From: an uncultured Candidatus Saccharibacteria bacterium | GTDB lineage: Bacteria; Patescibacteriota; Doudnabacteria; UBA920 | Length of the DNA: 64,000 nucleotides | Direction: 5' to 3' | Assembly (NCBI GenBank): GCA_964436545.1 | Contig: CAYTCJ010000005.1 | Span: 12,713-76,712 of the forward strand | Shown: in pieces, positions 36,784 through 46,252 of the stretch | Layout: each line of letters opens with the position of its first letter | How positions within the stretch are numbered: the first letter of the stretch is position 1 | Translations under genes and position numbers: made by a program | The notes under the pieces: model-generated | Database searches by the model: none | The model's input: only the letters and a program-made list of their open reading frames with translations | Told to the model about the DNA's origin: nothing

Positions 36784-38010
36784 ATGAGTTTTCATGAAAA
36801 ATTAAAACAAGACAGTAAACTGTATTGGCACATACGAGAATGGTATGTGGTTTTTATTTTGTTTTGGAAAAAGTTTTTTGATCGTCCTCAGAAACAAAAA
36901 AAGCGGATTTTATTTTACTATGTCTACGCCTTAGCTTACGGCGGAACTTCCTCTTTAATGCAGATTTTGGCTAAATATTTGAATAAAGATGAATATGAAG
37001 TGTTTGTGATGTATTCAAGTAAGGTGGAGTCTACAGTGGGTCAAAGTATTCCCGGAAACAGTAGGTTACAATATGTTTTAGAGAGTGGGGTATTTCCCAT
37101 ACCTTTTGATTATGCCTATATAGATAAACGTTTGCCATATTTTATTCACAATACTTCGCCGAGGGTAGAAGAGGTTATTAAGGCGTTTCAGATTGATTTA
37201 TTAGTGGTAACCGGAGCTGGTCATGCTGAGTATCCGTTTAGTCAAATAAAAAATATTCCCATTATACTTTTAAATATTTTTGGTCAAGCCAATGTACAGA
37301 GCAATATTAAGTATCACTTATGTATCTCGGAAGAGGTGGCCAATAAATTGGAGCCTATTGTACCTAAGGAAAAAGTCAAGGTAATTTATGTCCCCAGTGA
37401 AGGCCCTATGAATATGGCTCTGCGAGGACAACAAATTAGAGAGCGTTTTGGCATTAAACCAGAGGATTTGGTATTTGGGAGAATTGGACGTGGGTCAGAT
37501 TGGATTTTTGACCCAATTGGAATTTTGGCTTTTGAAAAAATAGTAAAAAAATATCCCCATACGCATTATTTAATCGTTTGTCCGCCACCAGCTCTGGTAA
37601 AATTACAAACAGAAAAAAATATTCCCAATGTGCATTTTATGGAAGAATTAGGGAAGAAAGAAGAATTATGGGCTTTTTACTACGCTTTGGATGTCTATGC
37701 GCATTTTCGGCACGATGGAGAATCGTTCGGCTTAAATATTGTAGAGGCAATGTTTAAAGGTATGCCAATTATTTCTCATAAATCTAAAATTTGGAATGCG
37801 CATTTGGAATATTTAGATCCTAGTTTTGCTTTTGTGGCAGATATTGATAACGTCAGTCAATACGAACAATTTATGGAGTTTTTTGCTAAAGACACTCAGC
37901 GAGTTCATATTCAAGCAATGAGTGAAAAAGCCAAAGCAAAAGCACAAAAATTTCATATTCATAATCATATTGGAGCTTTTGAAAGCTATATTGAGGAGGC
38001 ACTGAAATGA
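36784..38010 (+). CDS. GT4-like (GT-B fold) glycosyltransferase
   Basis: GESFGLNIVEAMFKGMPIISHKSKIW, an EX7E-like motif. Confidence 0.55.
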   Translation: MSFHEKLKQDSKLYWHIREWYVVFILFWKKFFDRPQKQKKRILFYYVYALAYGGTSSLMQILAKYLNKDEYEVFVMYSSKVESTVGQSIPGNSRLQYVLESGVFPIPFDYAYIDKRLPYFIHNTSPRVEEVIKAFQIDLLVVTGAGHAEYPFSQIKNIPIILLNIFGQANVQSNIKYHLCISEEVANKLEPIVPKEKVKVIYVPSEGPMNMALRGQQIRERFGIKPEDLVFGRIGRGSDWIFDPIGILAFEKIVKKYPHTHYLIVCPPPALVKLQTEKNIPNVHFMEELGKKEELWAFYYALDVYAHFRHDGESFGLNIVEAMFKGMPIISHKSKIWNAHLEYLDPSFAFVADIDNVSQYEQFMEFFAKDTQRVHIQAMSEKAKAKAQKFHIHNHIGAFESYIEEALK

Positions 38011-38834
38011 AAATTGGGATTATCGGGTTAGGTTTTGTGGGGGGAGCTATGCGGAAATTTTTTTTAAATAAAAAAGTCAACGCATTAGTCTTTGATAAAT
38101 ATAAAAATATTGGTTCGGTAACTGAAGTAAACGAAGCGGATGTGGTTTTTATTTGCGTGCCAACTCCGTATCGCACCCAGCATGGGTTTGATATATCGGC
38201 GGTAGTGGATGCCATTAGTATCTTAGTTAAGCCAAAAATTATTGTAATCAAATCCTCAATTATTCCCGGTACTACGGAGAAATTACAGAAACAATTTTCT
38301 CAGCATAAGTTTTTATTCAACCCGGAGTTTTTAACTGAAAAAAAAGCTTATTATGATTTAACTCATCCCGATAGGCAAATTTTGGGCTGGACTCAAAAGA
38401 GTAAATCAGTAGCTAAAAAAGTTTTAAATATTTTGCCAAAGTCCCATCAGAGTTTAATTATACCCAGTCAAGAAGCGGAAATGATAAAGTATATGGCCAA
38501 TACCTTTTTGGCATTAAAGGTGGTGTATGCTAACCAGTTTGCGGATTTGTGTAAAAAATTAAAGATCAATTACTCCGTAGTGGCAAACGGAGTGGGTTTA
38601 GATAAGCGAATTGGATTATCTCACCTGAATGTTTTAGACGGCGGTTATAAAGGTTATGGGGGAAGTTGTTTTCCCAAAGATGTTAATGCCATTATTGAAT
38701 TAGCGCAAGCCAAAAAATTACCTTTCGATTTATTGGTGACCATGCGTACAATTAACCAAAAATATTTACAGCAAAGTGGTTTGACCGAAGAGTATTTTTT
38801 AAACAATTTACACAAAAGTAATGAGAAAAAGTAA
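38007..38834 (+). CDS. Nucleotide-sugar dehydrogenase (UDP-glucose 6-dehydrogenase family), a short form lacking the C-terminal UDP-binding domain
   Basis: MKIGIIGLGFVGGAM, VVFICVPTP, and the catalytic GYGGSCFPKD. At only 275 aa it compares with about 390-440 aa for canonical Ugd. Confidence 0.6.
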   Translation: MKIGIIGLGFVGGAMRKFFLNKKVNALVFDKYKNIGSVTEVNEADVVFICVPTPYRTQHGFDISAVVDAISILVKPKIIVIKSSIIPGTTEKLQKQFSQHKFLFNPEFLTEKKAYYDLTHPDRQILGWTQKSKSVAKKVLNILPKSHQSLIIPSQEAEMIKYMANTFLALKVVYANQFADLCKKLKINYSVVANGVGLDKRIGLSHLNVLDGGYKGYGGSCFPKDVNAIIELAQAKKLPFDLLVTMRTINQKYLQQSGLTEEYFLNNLHKSNEKK

Positions 38835-39780
38835 TCAGAAAACAGTTTTAGTGGCTGGGGGAGCGGGGTTTGTGGGGAGTAATTTATGCGAATATTTAAT
38901 TTCGCGGGGTGATTGGGTAATTGCTCTAGATAATTTGAGCACCGGAAATAAAAGTAATATTAAGCATTTATTGGAGCATCCGAGATTTGGGTTTATAAAA
39001 TGTGATGTAACTCACCCCTCCCTTGCCCTCCCCCTCAAGGGGAGGGAACTATATCAGATTTACCATTTGGCCTCTCCGGCCAGTCCACCACATTATCAAA
39101 AAGAACCAATTGCCACTTGGCAGGCAAATACTTTAGGTACTTTAAATTTGTTGGAGTTGGCCAAACAGCATAAGGCGAAGTTTTTATTTGCTTCCACCAG
39201 TGAGGTTTACGGTGATCCTAAAGTGCATCCGCAAACAGAAAGTTATTGGGGAAATGTTAATCCGGTTGGTATAAGAGCGTGTTATGATGAAAGTAAAAGA
39301 GCCGGGGAAAGTTTGGTAATGAGTTATGTAAGGCAATTTAAGCTAGAAGCCAAAGTGGTACGGATTTTTAACACTTATGGTCCTAAAATGGATAGTAATG
39401 ATGGACGAGTAGTGTCTAATTTCATTAATCAAGCTTTAGAGAATCAGCCTATAACCATTTACGGTAAGGGGAAGCAAACCCGCAGTTTTATGTATATAGA
39501 TGATCTGGTGTTAGGGTTAACCAAAATGATGCAAGCCAAATTTTCCGGCCCGATAAATTTAGGTAATCCGGAAGAATTTACGATTCTAGAGTTGGCAAAA
39601 AAAGTTCTTGTATTGACCAAATCATCATCAAAACTGGTTTATAAACCTTTGCCCCAAGACGACCCCAAGCAAAGAAAACCCGAGATTACTTTAGCCAAAA
39701 CCAAATTAATGTGGGCTCCAAAAGTTAAATTAGAGGCAGGTTTAATTAAGACAATCAATTATTTTAAAAATGTTAGATAG
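38821..39780 (+). CDS. uxs: UDP-glucuronate decarboxylase (UDP-xylose synthase)
   Basis: VLVAGGAGFVGSNLCEYL, IYHLASPASPPHY, YDESKRAGESL, the UXS/ArnA-decarboxylase motifs. Confidence 0.7.
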   Translation: MRKSNQKTVLVAGGAGFVGSNLCEYLISRGDWVIALDNLSTGNKSNIKHLLEHPRFGFIKCDVTHPSLALPLKGRELYQIYHLASPASPPHYQKEPIATWQANTLGTLNLLELAKQHKAKFLFASTSEVYGDPKVHPQTESYWGNVNPVGIRACYDESKRAGESLVMSYVRQFKLEAKVVRIFNTYGPKMDSNDGRVVSNFINQALENQPITIYGKGKQTRSFMYIDDLVLGLTKMMQAKFSGPINLGNPEEFTILELAKKVLVLTKSSSKLVYKPLPQDDPKQRKPEITLAKTKLMWAPKVKLEAGLIKTINYFKNVR

Positions 39781-40555
39781 TGAAATTAAAATTCATCCAT
39801 ATCCCAAAATCCCACTTTTGCCCGAAGAGCGAGAGGTCATGGTTAGCCAAGGGGAAGAAAAATTACCCGGGACTCCCAAAAGTGCCGAAGCCTCATTATT
39901 ATTAGACAGAGAAATAAATAAGGTTTTGAGATTTGATGGAAAAAATTCTCAAGATATAAAAAATTTTTGCAGAAGTCTTTTAGAAGACTGGGTAAACAAT
40001 CCGGACAACATGGTGGGATTTTTTAGTAGAGCTTATGAGCAATCTCAGAATAGCCAAGATTTTGCAACAAGAGTTAAAACATTGGAAACATGTCTAACTC
40101 AAAATTTAGCAGATTTGCTGAAGCGAGTGGAAAGTCCAAAGGCGAATGCCATTGGCAAATTTATGAAATTAGCCGTGACAAATCCAATATACGGAGATCG
40201 TGCCCGGGCGATTTTAAGAGGATTTTTTGAAAATGCTCACACCCCGGCTCAATTTATTGATTTATTATATGAGTTTGGTATTGCTTTTATGAAAGAAAGC
40301 GATAGGCAGATGTCAGATGAGTTGTGTAAAATTTTATTGTGGGATTCTGATATTTGTCCTAGATCGCGCGAAAGGGCAATGCGATATCTCTTAGCATTAT
40401 ATATGCAAGGTGGTGAAGTAGTATTTAAGAAATGGACGGAAATAGATGCAGTAATTGCCATGTTTTGTAAAAAGCAACTGCCAGAATCTTCCCAATTATT
40501 TATTGAACAAATAAATGATATCGGTGATGATCGTGAGCTATGGATGTGGGATTGA
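39770..40555 (+). CDS. Hypothetical cytoplasmic protein with no recognisable domain
   Basis: A 261-aa ORF. Its composition (R/E/D/C/W-rich) differs from the neighbouring glycan enzymes. Confidence 0.35.
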   Translation: MLDSEIKIHPYPKIPLLPEEREVMVSQGEEKLPGTPKSAEASLLLDREINKVLRFDGKNSQDIKNFCRSLLEDWVNNPDNMVGFFSRAYEQSQNSQDFATRVKTLETCLTQNLADLLKRVESPKANAIGKFMKLAVTNPIYGDRARAILRGFFENAHTPAQFIDLLYEFGIAFMKESDRQMSDELCKILLWDSDICPRSRERAMRYLLALYMQGGEVVFKKWTEIDAVIAMFCKKQLPESSQLFIEQINDIGDDRELWMWD

Positions 40556-41568
40556 AATTTTGTAGAGATAATCCAGACAAAAAGGATGGCTATATAACAT
40601 ACCGTAGCTTAACAATAGAAGCAGAAAAAAAATTTGGTTTAGTTAAAGTAAGTGGTGAGACATTAGGAAATGTATGGCCATTTACTTTATTTTCCAACCC
40701 TGGGCCTTTAAAAGTTTTGTATAATAAACGATTGGAGCAAGAAAATCCCAACATTGTTCGCATTAGAGTTCCAAATTCACAGACGGGTGAGAGTTTATTA
40801 AAAGTTAAATCACAAAATGAAATAAATAGATATATAATTGAGAATTTAGCTTCTGCTAGAGAACTGACCTTAATTGGCAGAGCTGATGTGGAATTTTTGT
40901 TTTATTTAAGGCCAGAGATTACAAGTGATAAATTAGATGAATTAGCTTTGACAAATTCAAATATCAAACAAAAAATTGTTGTAAGTAAGATTTACGGAAT
41001 TAGTCCAAGGGGCGATAGGGTGTTAGTGACGGCAGATGAAGCTAAGAAGTTAAAATATCATAATGTTTGTTATGAGTTGAGTCCGTCTAACGTGGAAGTA
41101 CCTATAAAATGCACGGTTTTAGTGGATAGAACACAAGTTGTCTTTGGTATAAATAAAAATTATGATGTTGTAGAATTTCCTACTGGAGCAGAGTTGGAGG
41201 TTGAGGCAAAAAAAAGAGCTTTTTTAGATTATTTTATTTTAAGTCATTTATATGAACTACAGTGTTCCGAAAGAATACAACATGGATCAGATCGGCAAGG
41301 AGTTAGTAGAGAAAGTGAATTTAGAGATCGTAGAGCCCATTTACGGCGTTTACCTCAAGGCCAAAAGCCATCAGCTGATGCAATCGGACGAGCAAATCAA
41401 GATCCAAATAGGTTTAATTTAATTGAAATAAACCGAATGAATGACATAGCTGGTAACTCTTCACAAACTTATGTCAGTCCTGTTCATAAGCCAGCACCAG
41501 GGGATCAGCCACTATTATCTTATGCGCCAAACGCATTTGATACTTTTAGAAGTATTATTACTAAGTAG
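40540..41568 (+). CDS. Hypothetical protein with no recognisable domain
   Basis: A 342-aa ORF overlapping the previous gene by 16 nt. Its C-terminal third is R/Q/D-rich and low-complexity. Confidence 0.35.
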   Translation: MDVGLKFCRDNPDKKDGYITYRSLTIEAEKKFGLVKVSGETLGNVWPFTLFSNPGPLKVLYNKRLEQENPNIVRIRVPNSQTGESLLKVKSQNEINRYIIENLASARELTLIGRADVEFLFYLRPEITSDKLDELALTNSNIKQKIVVSKIYGISPRGDRVLVTADEAKKLKYHNVCYELSPSNVEVPIKCTVLVDRTQVVFGINKNYDVVEFPTGAELEVEAKKRAFLDYFILSHLYELQCSERIQHGSDRQGVSRESEFRDRRAHLRRLPQGQKPSADAIGRANQDPNRFNLIEINRMNDIAGNSSQTYVSPVHKPAPGDQPLLSYAPNAFDTFRSIITK

Positions 41569-41571
41569 TTT

Positions 41572-42465
41572 ATGCTTTATTTATATAACGAATATTTTTC
41601 TTTTTTGCCAAAGCTAAAGCGGTTTTTGGGTAAACCTTCTCGGGGCCCGGAAGCGGTTTTTAATAATTTAATTTTAGGACTTAAGGAAATTGGCCAGGAG
41701 TTTTTAGTTAATCAGCCTTTTTCTGAAAGAATGGACAAGGTTTGTGTTTTAAGCGGAATAGAAGTTTTAAAAAAGGCCATAAAACAAAAAAAATTGGGAA
41801 AAATTAACACACTCATTGCCGGGCCAAATATTGTGGTGCATCCTAACGAAGCCGAAGGGATTTTAAAATCATCGGAAATTGATTGTCTGATAGTACCCAG
41901 TCTTTGGGTAAAAGATTTTTATATTTCACTTGCTCCGGAATTAAAAAATAAAATTCAAATTTGGGCATCCGGAGTTGCCGACCAGGGTAGTAAATTAGCG
42001 ACTACCGAGGAAGTTTTTGTTTATGATAAATCACCTAATGGGTGCTTGCCGGAAAAAATCAATCAATTTTTACAAGCTCAAGGACAGCGGGTAAATTATC
42101 AGGTGTACGGCAAAATCAATCATGAGGCATATTTGGCTAAGCTCAAAAAGACTGCGTTTATGGTATATTTAAGTGGAAGCGAAAGCCAAGGGTTAACCTT
42201 GTTTGAAGCATGGATGGCTAATGTGCCGACTTTGGTTTGGGATAGGGGGTATATGCAGTATAAGAACTTAACCTGGCAAGGCAATACTTCTGCTCCATAT
42301 TTAAGTAAAGAAACCGGGTTATTTTTTAGAGATCTGGAAGATTTTAAAGAAAAATATCAATATATGTTGGCGCATTATGCTGAGTTTAATCCCCGAGTAT
42401 ATATGCTGAAAAATTTTACTAATAAAATTACCACTGAAAATTTTTTAAAACTTATTAGTCTTTAA
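41572..42465 (+). CDS. GT-B-like glycosyltransferase fragment or short form
   Basis: SESQGLTLFEAWMANVPTLVWDRG resembles the GT4 EX7E region. Confidence 0.35.
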   Translation: MLYLYNEYFSFLPKLKRFLGKPSRGPEAVFNNLILGLKEIGQEFLVNQPFSERMDKVCVLSGIEVLKKAIKQKKLGKINTLIAGPNIVVHPNEAEGILKSSEIDCLIVPSLWVKDFYISLAPELKNKIQIWASGVADQGSKLATTEEVFVYDKSPNGCLPEKINQFLQAQGQRVNYQVYGKINHEAYLAKLKKTAFMVYLSGSESQGLTLFEAWMANVPTLVWDRGYMQYKNLTWQGNTSAPYLSKETGLFFRDLEDFKEKYQYMLAHYAEFNPRVYMLKNFTNKITTENFLKLISL

Positions 42466-42510
42466 TTTTAGTAGACTTTAATACTTTGGGGTATCGAAGT
42501 CTAAACCTAC

Positions 42511-43248
42511 ATGCTACGAAAAATAATCAAAAAACTTTATAGGATAATTATCGCCTTAATTAGCAGTTTATTTTGGTATACGAGGGATTGGTTTAAATAT
42601 AAAAATTTGTTAAATCAAGGGGGTAAAGAAGAAAATTTAAAGGTATTTCCGCAAATTTTTGACAGTGCTCCGGGAAGTCATACTTTTGATAAACATTATG
42701 TATATATGGACAGGTGGGCATTTAAACAAATTTTAAAACATAAGCCCTCGGTCCATATTGATGTGGGATCTTCCATTCGGTTTTTATCTATGGTATCGGC
42801 CATTACTCAGCTTAAGTTTGTAGATATTCGTCCCATTAAAACCGATTTTGATAATTTTGAATGCATTACCGGAAGTATTTTAAAGATGCCTTTTGAGAGC
42901 GAATCAGTAGTGTCTTTGTCGTGTTTGCATGTGGCTGAACATATTGGTTTGGGCAGATACGGGGATCCTTTAGATATTTTAGGTACGCAAAAAGCTTGTA
43001 GTGAATTGGCCAGAGTTTTAGCCCCGGGTGGACGTTTATATTTTGCTTTACCGATTGGGAAATCGGCAATATATTTTAATGCTCATCGGGTGCATAGTCC
43101 GGAGATAATTTTAACATATTTTAAAGATTTGCAACTCCAGAGTTTTTCGGTAATTACTGATCAAGGTCATTTTATGGAAAGAGCTAATATTGAAGATTAC
43201 AAGGACGCCACTTATGCTTGCGAGTGTTTTGAATTTACAAAAGATTAG
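42511..43248 (+). CDS. Class I SAM-dependent methyltransferase-like protein (DUF268-like)
   Basis: HIDVGSSIRFL...GSILKMPFESESVVSLSCLHVAEHIGLGRYGDPLD...LAPGGRLYFALPIG. Confidence 0.4.
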   Translation: MLRKIIKKLYRIIIALISSLFWYTRDWFKYKNLLNQGGKEENLKVFPQIFDSAPGSHTFDKHYVYMDRWAFKQILKHKPSVHIDVGSSIRFLSMVSAITQLKFVDIRPIKTDFDNFECITGSILKMPFESESVVSLSCLHVAEHIGLGRYGDPLDILGTQKACSELARVLAPGGRLYFALPIGKSAIYFNAHRVHSPEIILTYFKDLQLQSFSVITDQGHFMERANIEDYKDATYACECFEFTKD

Positions 43249-43289
43249 ATCTATTTTTTAATACCTTACTCTGCTTGTAGACAAAAATT

Positions 43290-44054
43290 ATGAAAAATTT
43301 TTTAAAGTTTTTTTTAGGCAAAAGATTTGGACAAAAGTTTTTTAGACTGCTTTATGTTTTGAGTTTAAAAGGTATGAACTATGGTGGGGGGAGTAATTAT
43401 CAAGAGAGCGGGGAAGAGTGGGTGTTAAAATATATCGCCAAACAGACACCGGTTGCATCAATGGTGGTTTTTGATGTGGGTGGAAATGTAGGTAATTATG
43501 CAACTCAAGTGGCTAAAATTTTACCTTTGGCTAAAATTTTTAGTTTTGAGCCGGCTAAAAAAACCTTTGAAAGGTTACAGAAACACACTCAGGGCTACAA
43601 AAGTATTACCGCTTACAATTTGGCATTAGGTAATCAAACCGGCAAGGCGGTTTTATATTCTCACACTCACGAGTCAGGTTTGGCATCGGTGTATGACCGA
43701 GTCGGTTTAGATTTAAATTATCGGGAAGAAATTCAAATTAGTACTATTGATAATTTTTGTGAAGAACATAACCTAACCCGAATAGATTTTTTAAAGTTAG
43801 ATATTGAAGGGAATGAATATCGAGCATTAGAGGGGGCTCTTAAGATGCTAAAGGGGAATAAAATAAAATATATTCAATTTGAGTTTGGCGGAACCGATAT
43901 TGACGCCAGGATATTTTTTAGAGATTTTTATAAGTTACTCGCGCCTCAATACCAGCTGTTCAGGATTTTAAAAAATGGTTTGCACCCCATAGTTACTTAT
44001 CAAGAGACGGAAGAAATTTTTATTACCACTAATTATTTTGCAGAATTGAAATAA
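43290..44054 (+). CDS. FkbM-family methyltransferase
   Basis: MVVFDVGGNVGNYA, FSFEPAKKTFERL, KLDIEGNEYRALEGA. Confidence 0.6.
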   Translation: MKNFLKFFLGKRFGQKFFRLLYVLSLKGMNYGGGSNYQESGEEWVLKYIAKQTPVASMVVFDVGGNVGNYATQVAKILPLAKIFSFEPAKKTFERLQKHTQGYKSITAYNLALGNQTGKAVLYSHTHESGLASVYDRVGLDLNYREEIQISTIDNFCEEHNLTRIDFLKLDIEGNEYRALEGALKMLKGNKIKYIQFEFGGTDIDARIFFRDFYKLLAPQYQLFRILKNGLHPIVTYQETEEIFITTNYFAELK

Positions 44055-44055
44055 T

Positions 44056-44829
44056 ATGCCCAAGGTCTCTGTAAATATTTTAACCAAGAATCGAGCCCGG
44101 CTGATACAGCGGTGCTTGGCCAGTGTGCAAAAACAGAGCTTTGCGGATTTTGAGATTGTGGTGGTAAATGATGGTTCTAACGATGAGACTGAGAAAATTT
44201 TAGAAGATTTTAAGGCCTCCGGCTCAAATTATAAAATTATTCAACATAAAATATCTTTGGGGATTACGCAAAGTCGACAAGAGGCTTTAGTAGCTTCGCA
44301 GGGCGAGTATATTGCCTTATTGGATGATGATGATGAATGGTTGGATATTGATAAATTAACAAAACAAGTAAATTTTTTAGACGAGCATCAAGAGTATGTT
44401 TTGGTGGGAGGAGGAATAAAAATAGAGTTAGGCATTAAGTCCACCAGAGGTGGATCCTCCTTTGGTGGAAATTATGAATTAAGAATGAGACCAGAGACAG
44501 ATGAGCAAATAAGAAAAACAATGTTGTTGAAAAATAACTTTTTTACTTCCACGGTTATGTTTAGAAGGGCAGAGGCAATAAAAGCGGGGGGATTCATAAA
44601 AGATGAACTGGATTTGGTAGAAGATTACGATTTGTGGCTTAGACTCGGCAAAGTGGGTAAGTTGTATAATTTTTCGGATGTATTTACCAAATATGCACAA
44701 AATGGTTATAATAAAGACAGGTTTAAAAGGTTTTTAATCAAACAGGGTTGGTTGGTTAAGCGATATAGTAAGGCTTACCCGTATGCCACAGTATCCCAAT
44801 TAATAATTAAGTTACGGCAATTAATGTGA
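44056..44829 (+). CDS. GT2 family glycosyltransferase
   Basis: VSVNILTKNRARLIQRCLASVQKQSFADFEIVVVNDGSNDET...LLDDDDEW. Confidence 0.6.
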   Translation: MPKVSVNILTKNRARLIQRCLASVQKQSFADFEIVVVNDGSNDETEKILEDFKASGSNYKIIQHKISLGITQSRQEALVASQGEYIALLDDDDEWLDIDKLTKQVNFLDEHQEYVLVGGGIKIELGIKSTRGGSSFGGNYELRMRPETDEQIRKTMLLKNNFFTSTVMFRRAEAIKAGGFIKDELDLVEDYDLWLRLGKVGKLYNFSDVFTKYAQNGYNKDRFKRFLIKQGWLVKRYSKAYPYATVSQLIIKLRQLM

Positions 44830-44841
44830 TGGAGTTGGATT

Positions 44842-46152
44842 ATGTTAAATAAAAGAAATTCCATTGGCTTTTGGTTAATTTTTATCCCGGACGTATGTTT
44901 ATTGTATCTAAGCTTGTTTTTAGCTTTGCGGATTCGCTATGGGCAAGGTTTGACTCCGGAAATTCAAGATACGCATATTAAGGCTTTTTCATTAGTTTTT
45001 ATTTTTTGGCTAGTCGTGTTATTTAGTCATGGCTTGTTTGATTTTTCGGTTTTAAGGCGATATACCAAATTGTTTTTTAGTCTGCTTTCCGCCAGTGTGG
45101 TTAATATTGTTATTGCCATAATTATTTTTTATTTACAATCTAATTGGCTCCTAAGACCGGGCAGATTTTTAATTTTGCAAGTTGCTTTGGCCTTTGGGCT
45201 GTTATTTTTATGGTATTTGCTGATTAAATATATTTTTAAAAACCGATTAACTCAGGGTTTGTATCTGTTTTCATTCAACAACGAACTGCGGGAGTTAGAA
45301 CAGGAGATTTTAGCTAATAGCTTTTTAGGCTTTAAAGTTTTAGGTCATTTAAATGCCGAGACGTTAGGTAGTATTAAATTTAATTCTTCCGTAGGGATTA
45401 TTTTGCCCGACAATTTACAAGCTAATCCGGAAATATTAAAAAAGTTTTACGAATTAAGGACTTTAGGGGTGAATTTTTATAACCATAAAAATTTTTACGA
45501 ACAGTTGTTACGCCGAGTGTACTTATCGCAAATAAATGAAATTTGGTTTTTGGAAAATATTGAATATAGAGAAAAACGCATCTATAATTTGGTTAAACGT
45601 TTGGTAGATATATTTTTAGGTTTGGTGGGTGTGATTTTGTTTTTTATTTCTTTGCCTTTTGTGTCGCTGGTGATTTTATTAAATTCTCGGGGCGGGGTAT
45701 TCTTTGCTCAAGAAAGAATCGGTCAGCATGGTAAGAAATTTAAGGTATATAAATATCGTTCTATGAAGCAGGGTACCGCAACCAATACTTGGACTTCGGT
45801 TAATGACCCGCGAATTACCTCGGTGGGAAAATTTTTAAGAATGTCTCGGATTGATGAACTGCCCCAGTTTATTAATTTAATTTTGGGGAATATGAGTTTA
45901 GTCGGCCCTAGGCCGGAGCAACCGCATTTGGTGGAAGACTTAAAACGCACGGTGCCGTTTTATGACGAAAGGCATTTGGTTAAACCCGGACTTACCGGTT
46001 GGGCCCAATTGAATATTTACGCTTCCACTTTGGAGGAAACCAAATTAAAACTTCAGTATGATTTATATTACATTAAACATAGAAGCATTTTGTTTGATTT
46101 GGAAATCATTATTAAGACCATTTATTATATTTTTACTTGGCAAGGGAGATAA
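44842..46152 (+). CDS. Initiating polyprenyl-phosphate sugar-1-phosphate transferase (bacterial sugar transferase, WbaP/PglC family)
   Basis: N-terminal TM helices. The C-terminal domain carries KYRSM, DELPQFINLILGNMSLVGPRPE and GLTGWAQ, the PF02397 signature. Confidence 0.75.
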   Translation: MLNKRNSIGFWLIFIPDVCLLYLSLFLALRIRYGQGLTPEIQDTHIKAFSLVFIFWLVVLFSHGLFDFSVLRRYTKLFFSLLSASVVNIVIAIIIFYLQSNWLLRPGRFLILQVALAFGLLFLWYLLIKYIFKNRLTQGLYLFSFNNELRELEQEILANSFLGFKVLGHLNAETLGSIKFNSSVGIILPDNLQANPEILKKFYELRTLGVNFYNHKNFYEQLLRRVYLSQINEIWFLENIEYREKRIYNLVKRLVDIFLGLVGVILFFISLPFVSLVILLNSRGGVFFAQERIGQHGKKFKVYKYRSMKQGTATNTWTSVNDPRITSVGKFLRMSRIDELPQFINLILGNMSLVGPRPEQPHLVEDLKRTVPFYDERHLVKPGLTGWAQLNIYASTLEETKLKLQYDLYYIKHRSILFDLEIIIKTIYYIFTWQGR

Positions 46153-46252
46153 CGGAGTTTAATTAAACTGATTAAATTTCTCATTTTTTGTAAAATTTGG
46201 TATAATAATGAAGTATTTTTAGCATTATTAAATTGATGAAACTAAAACAAAA

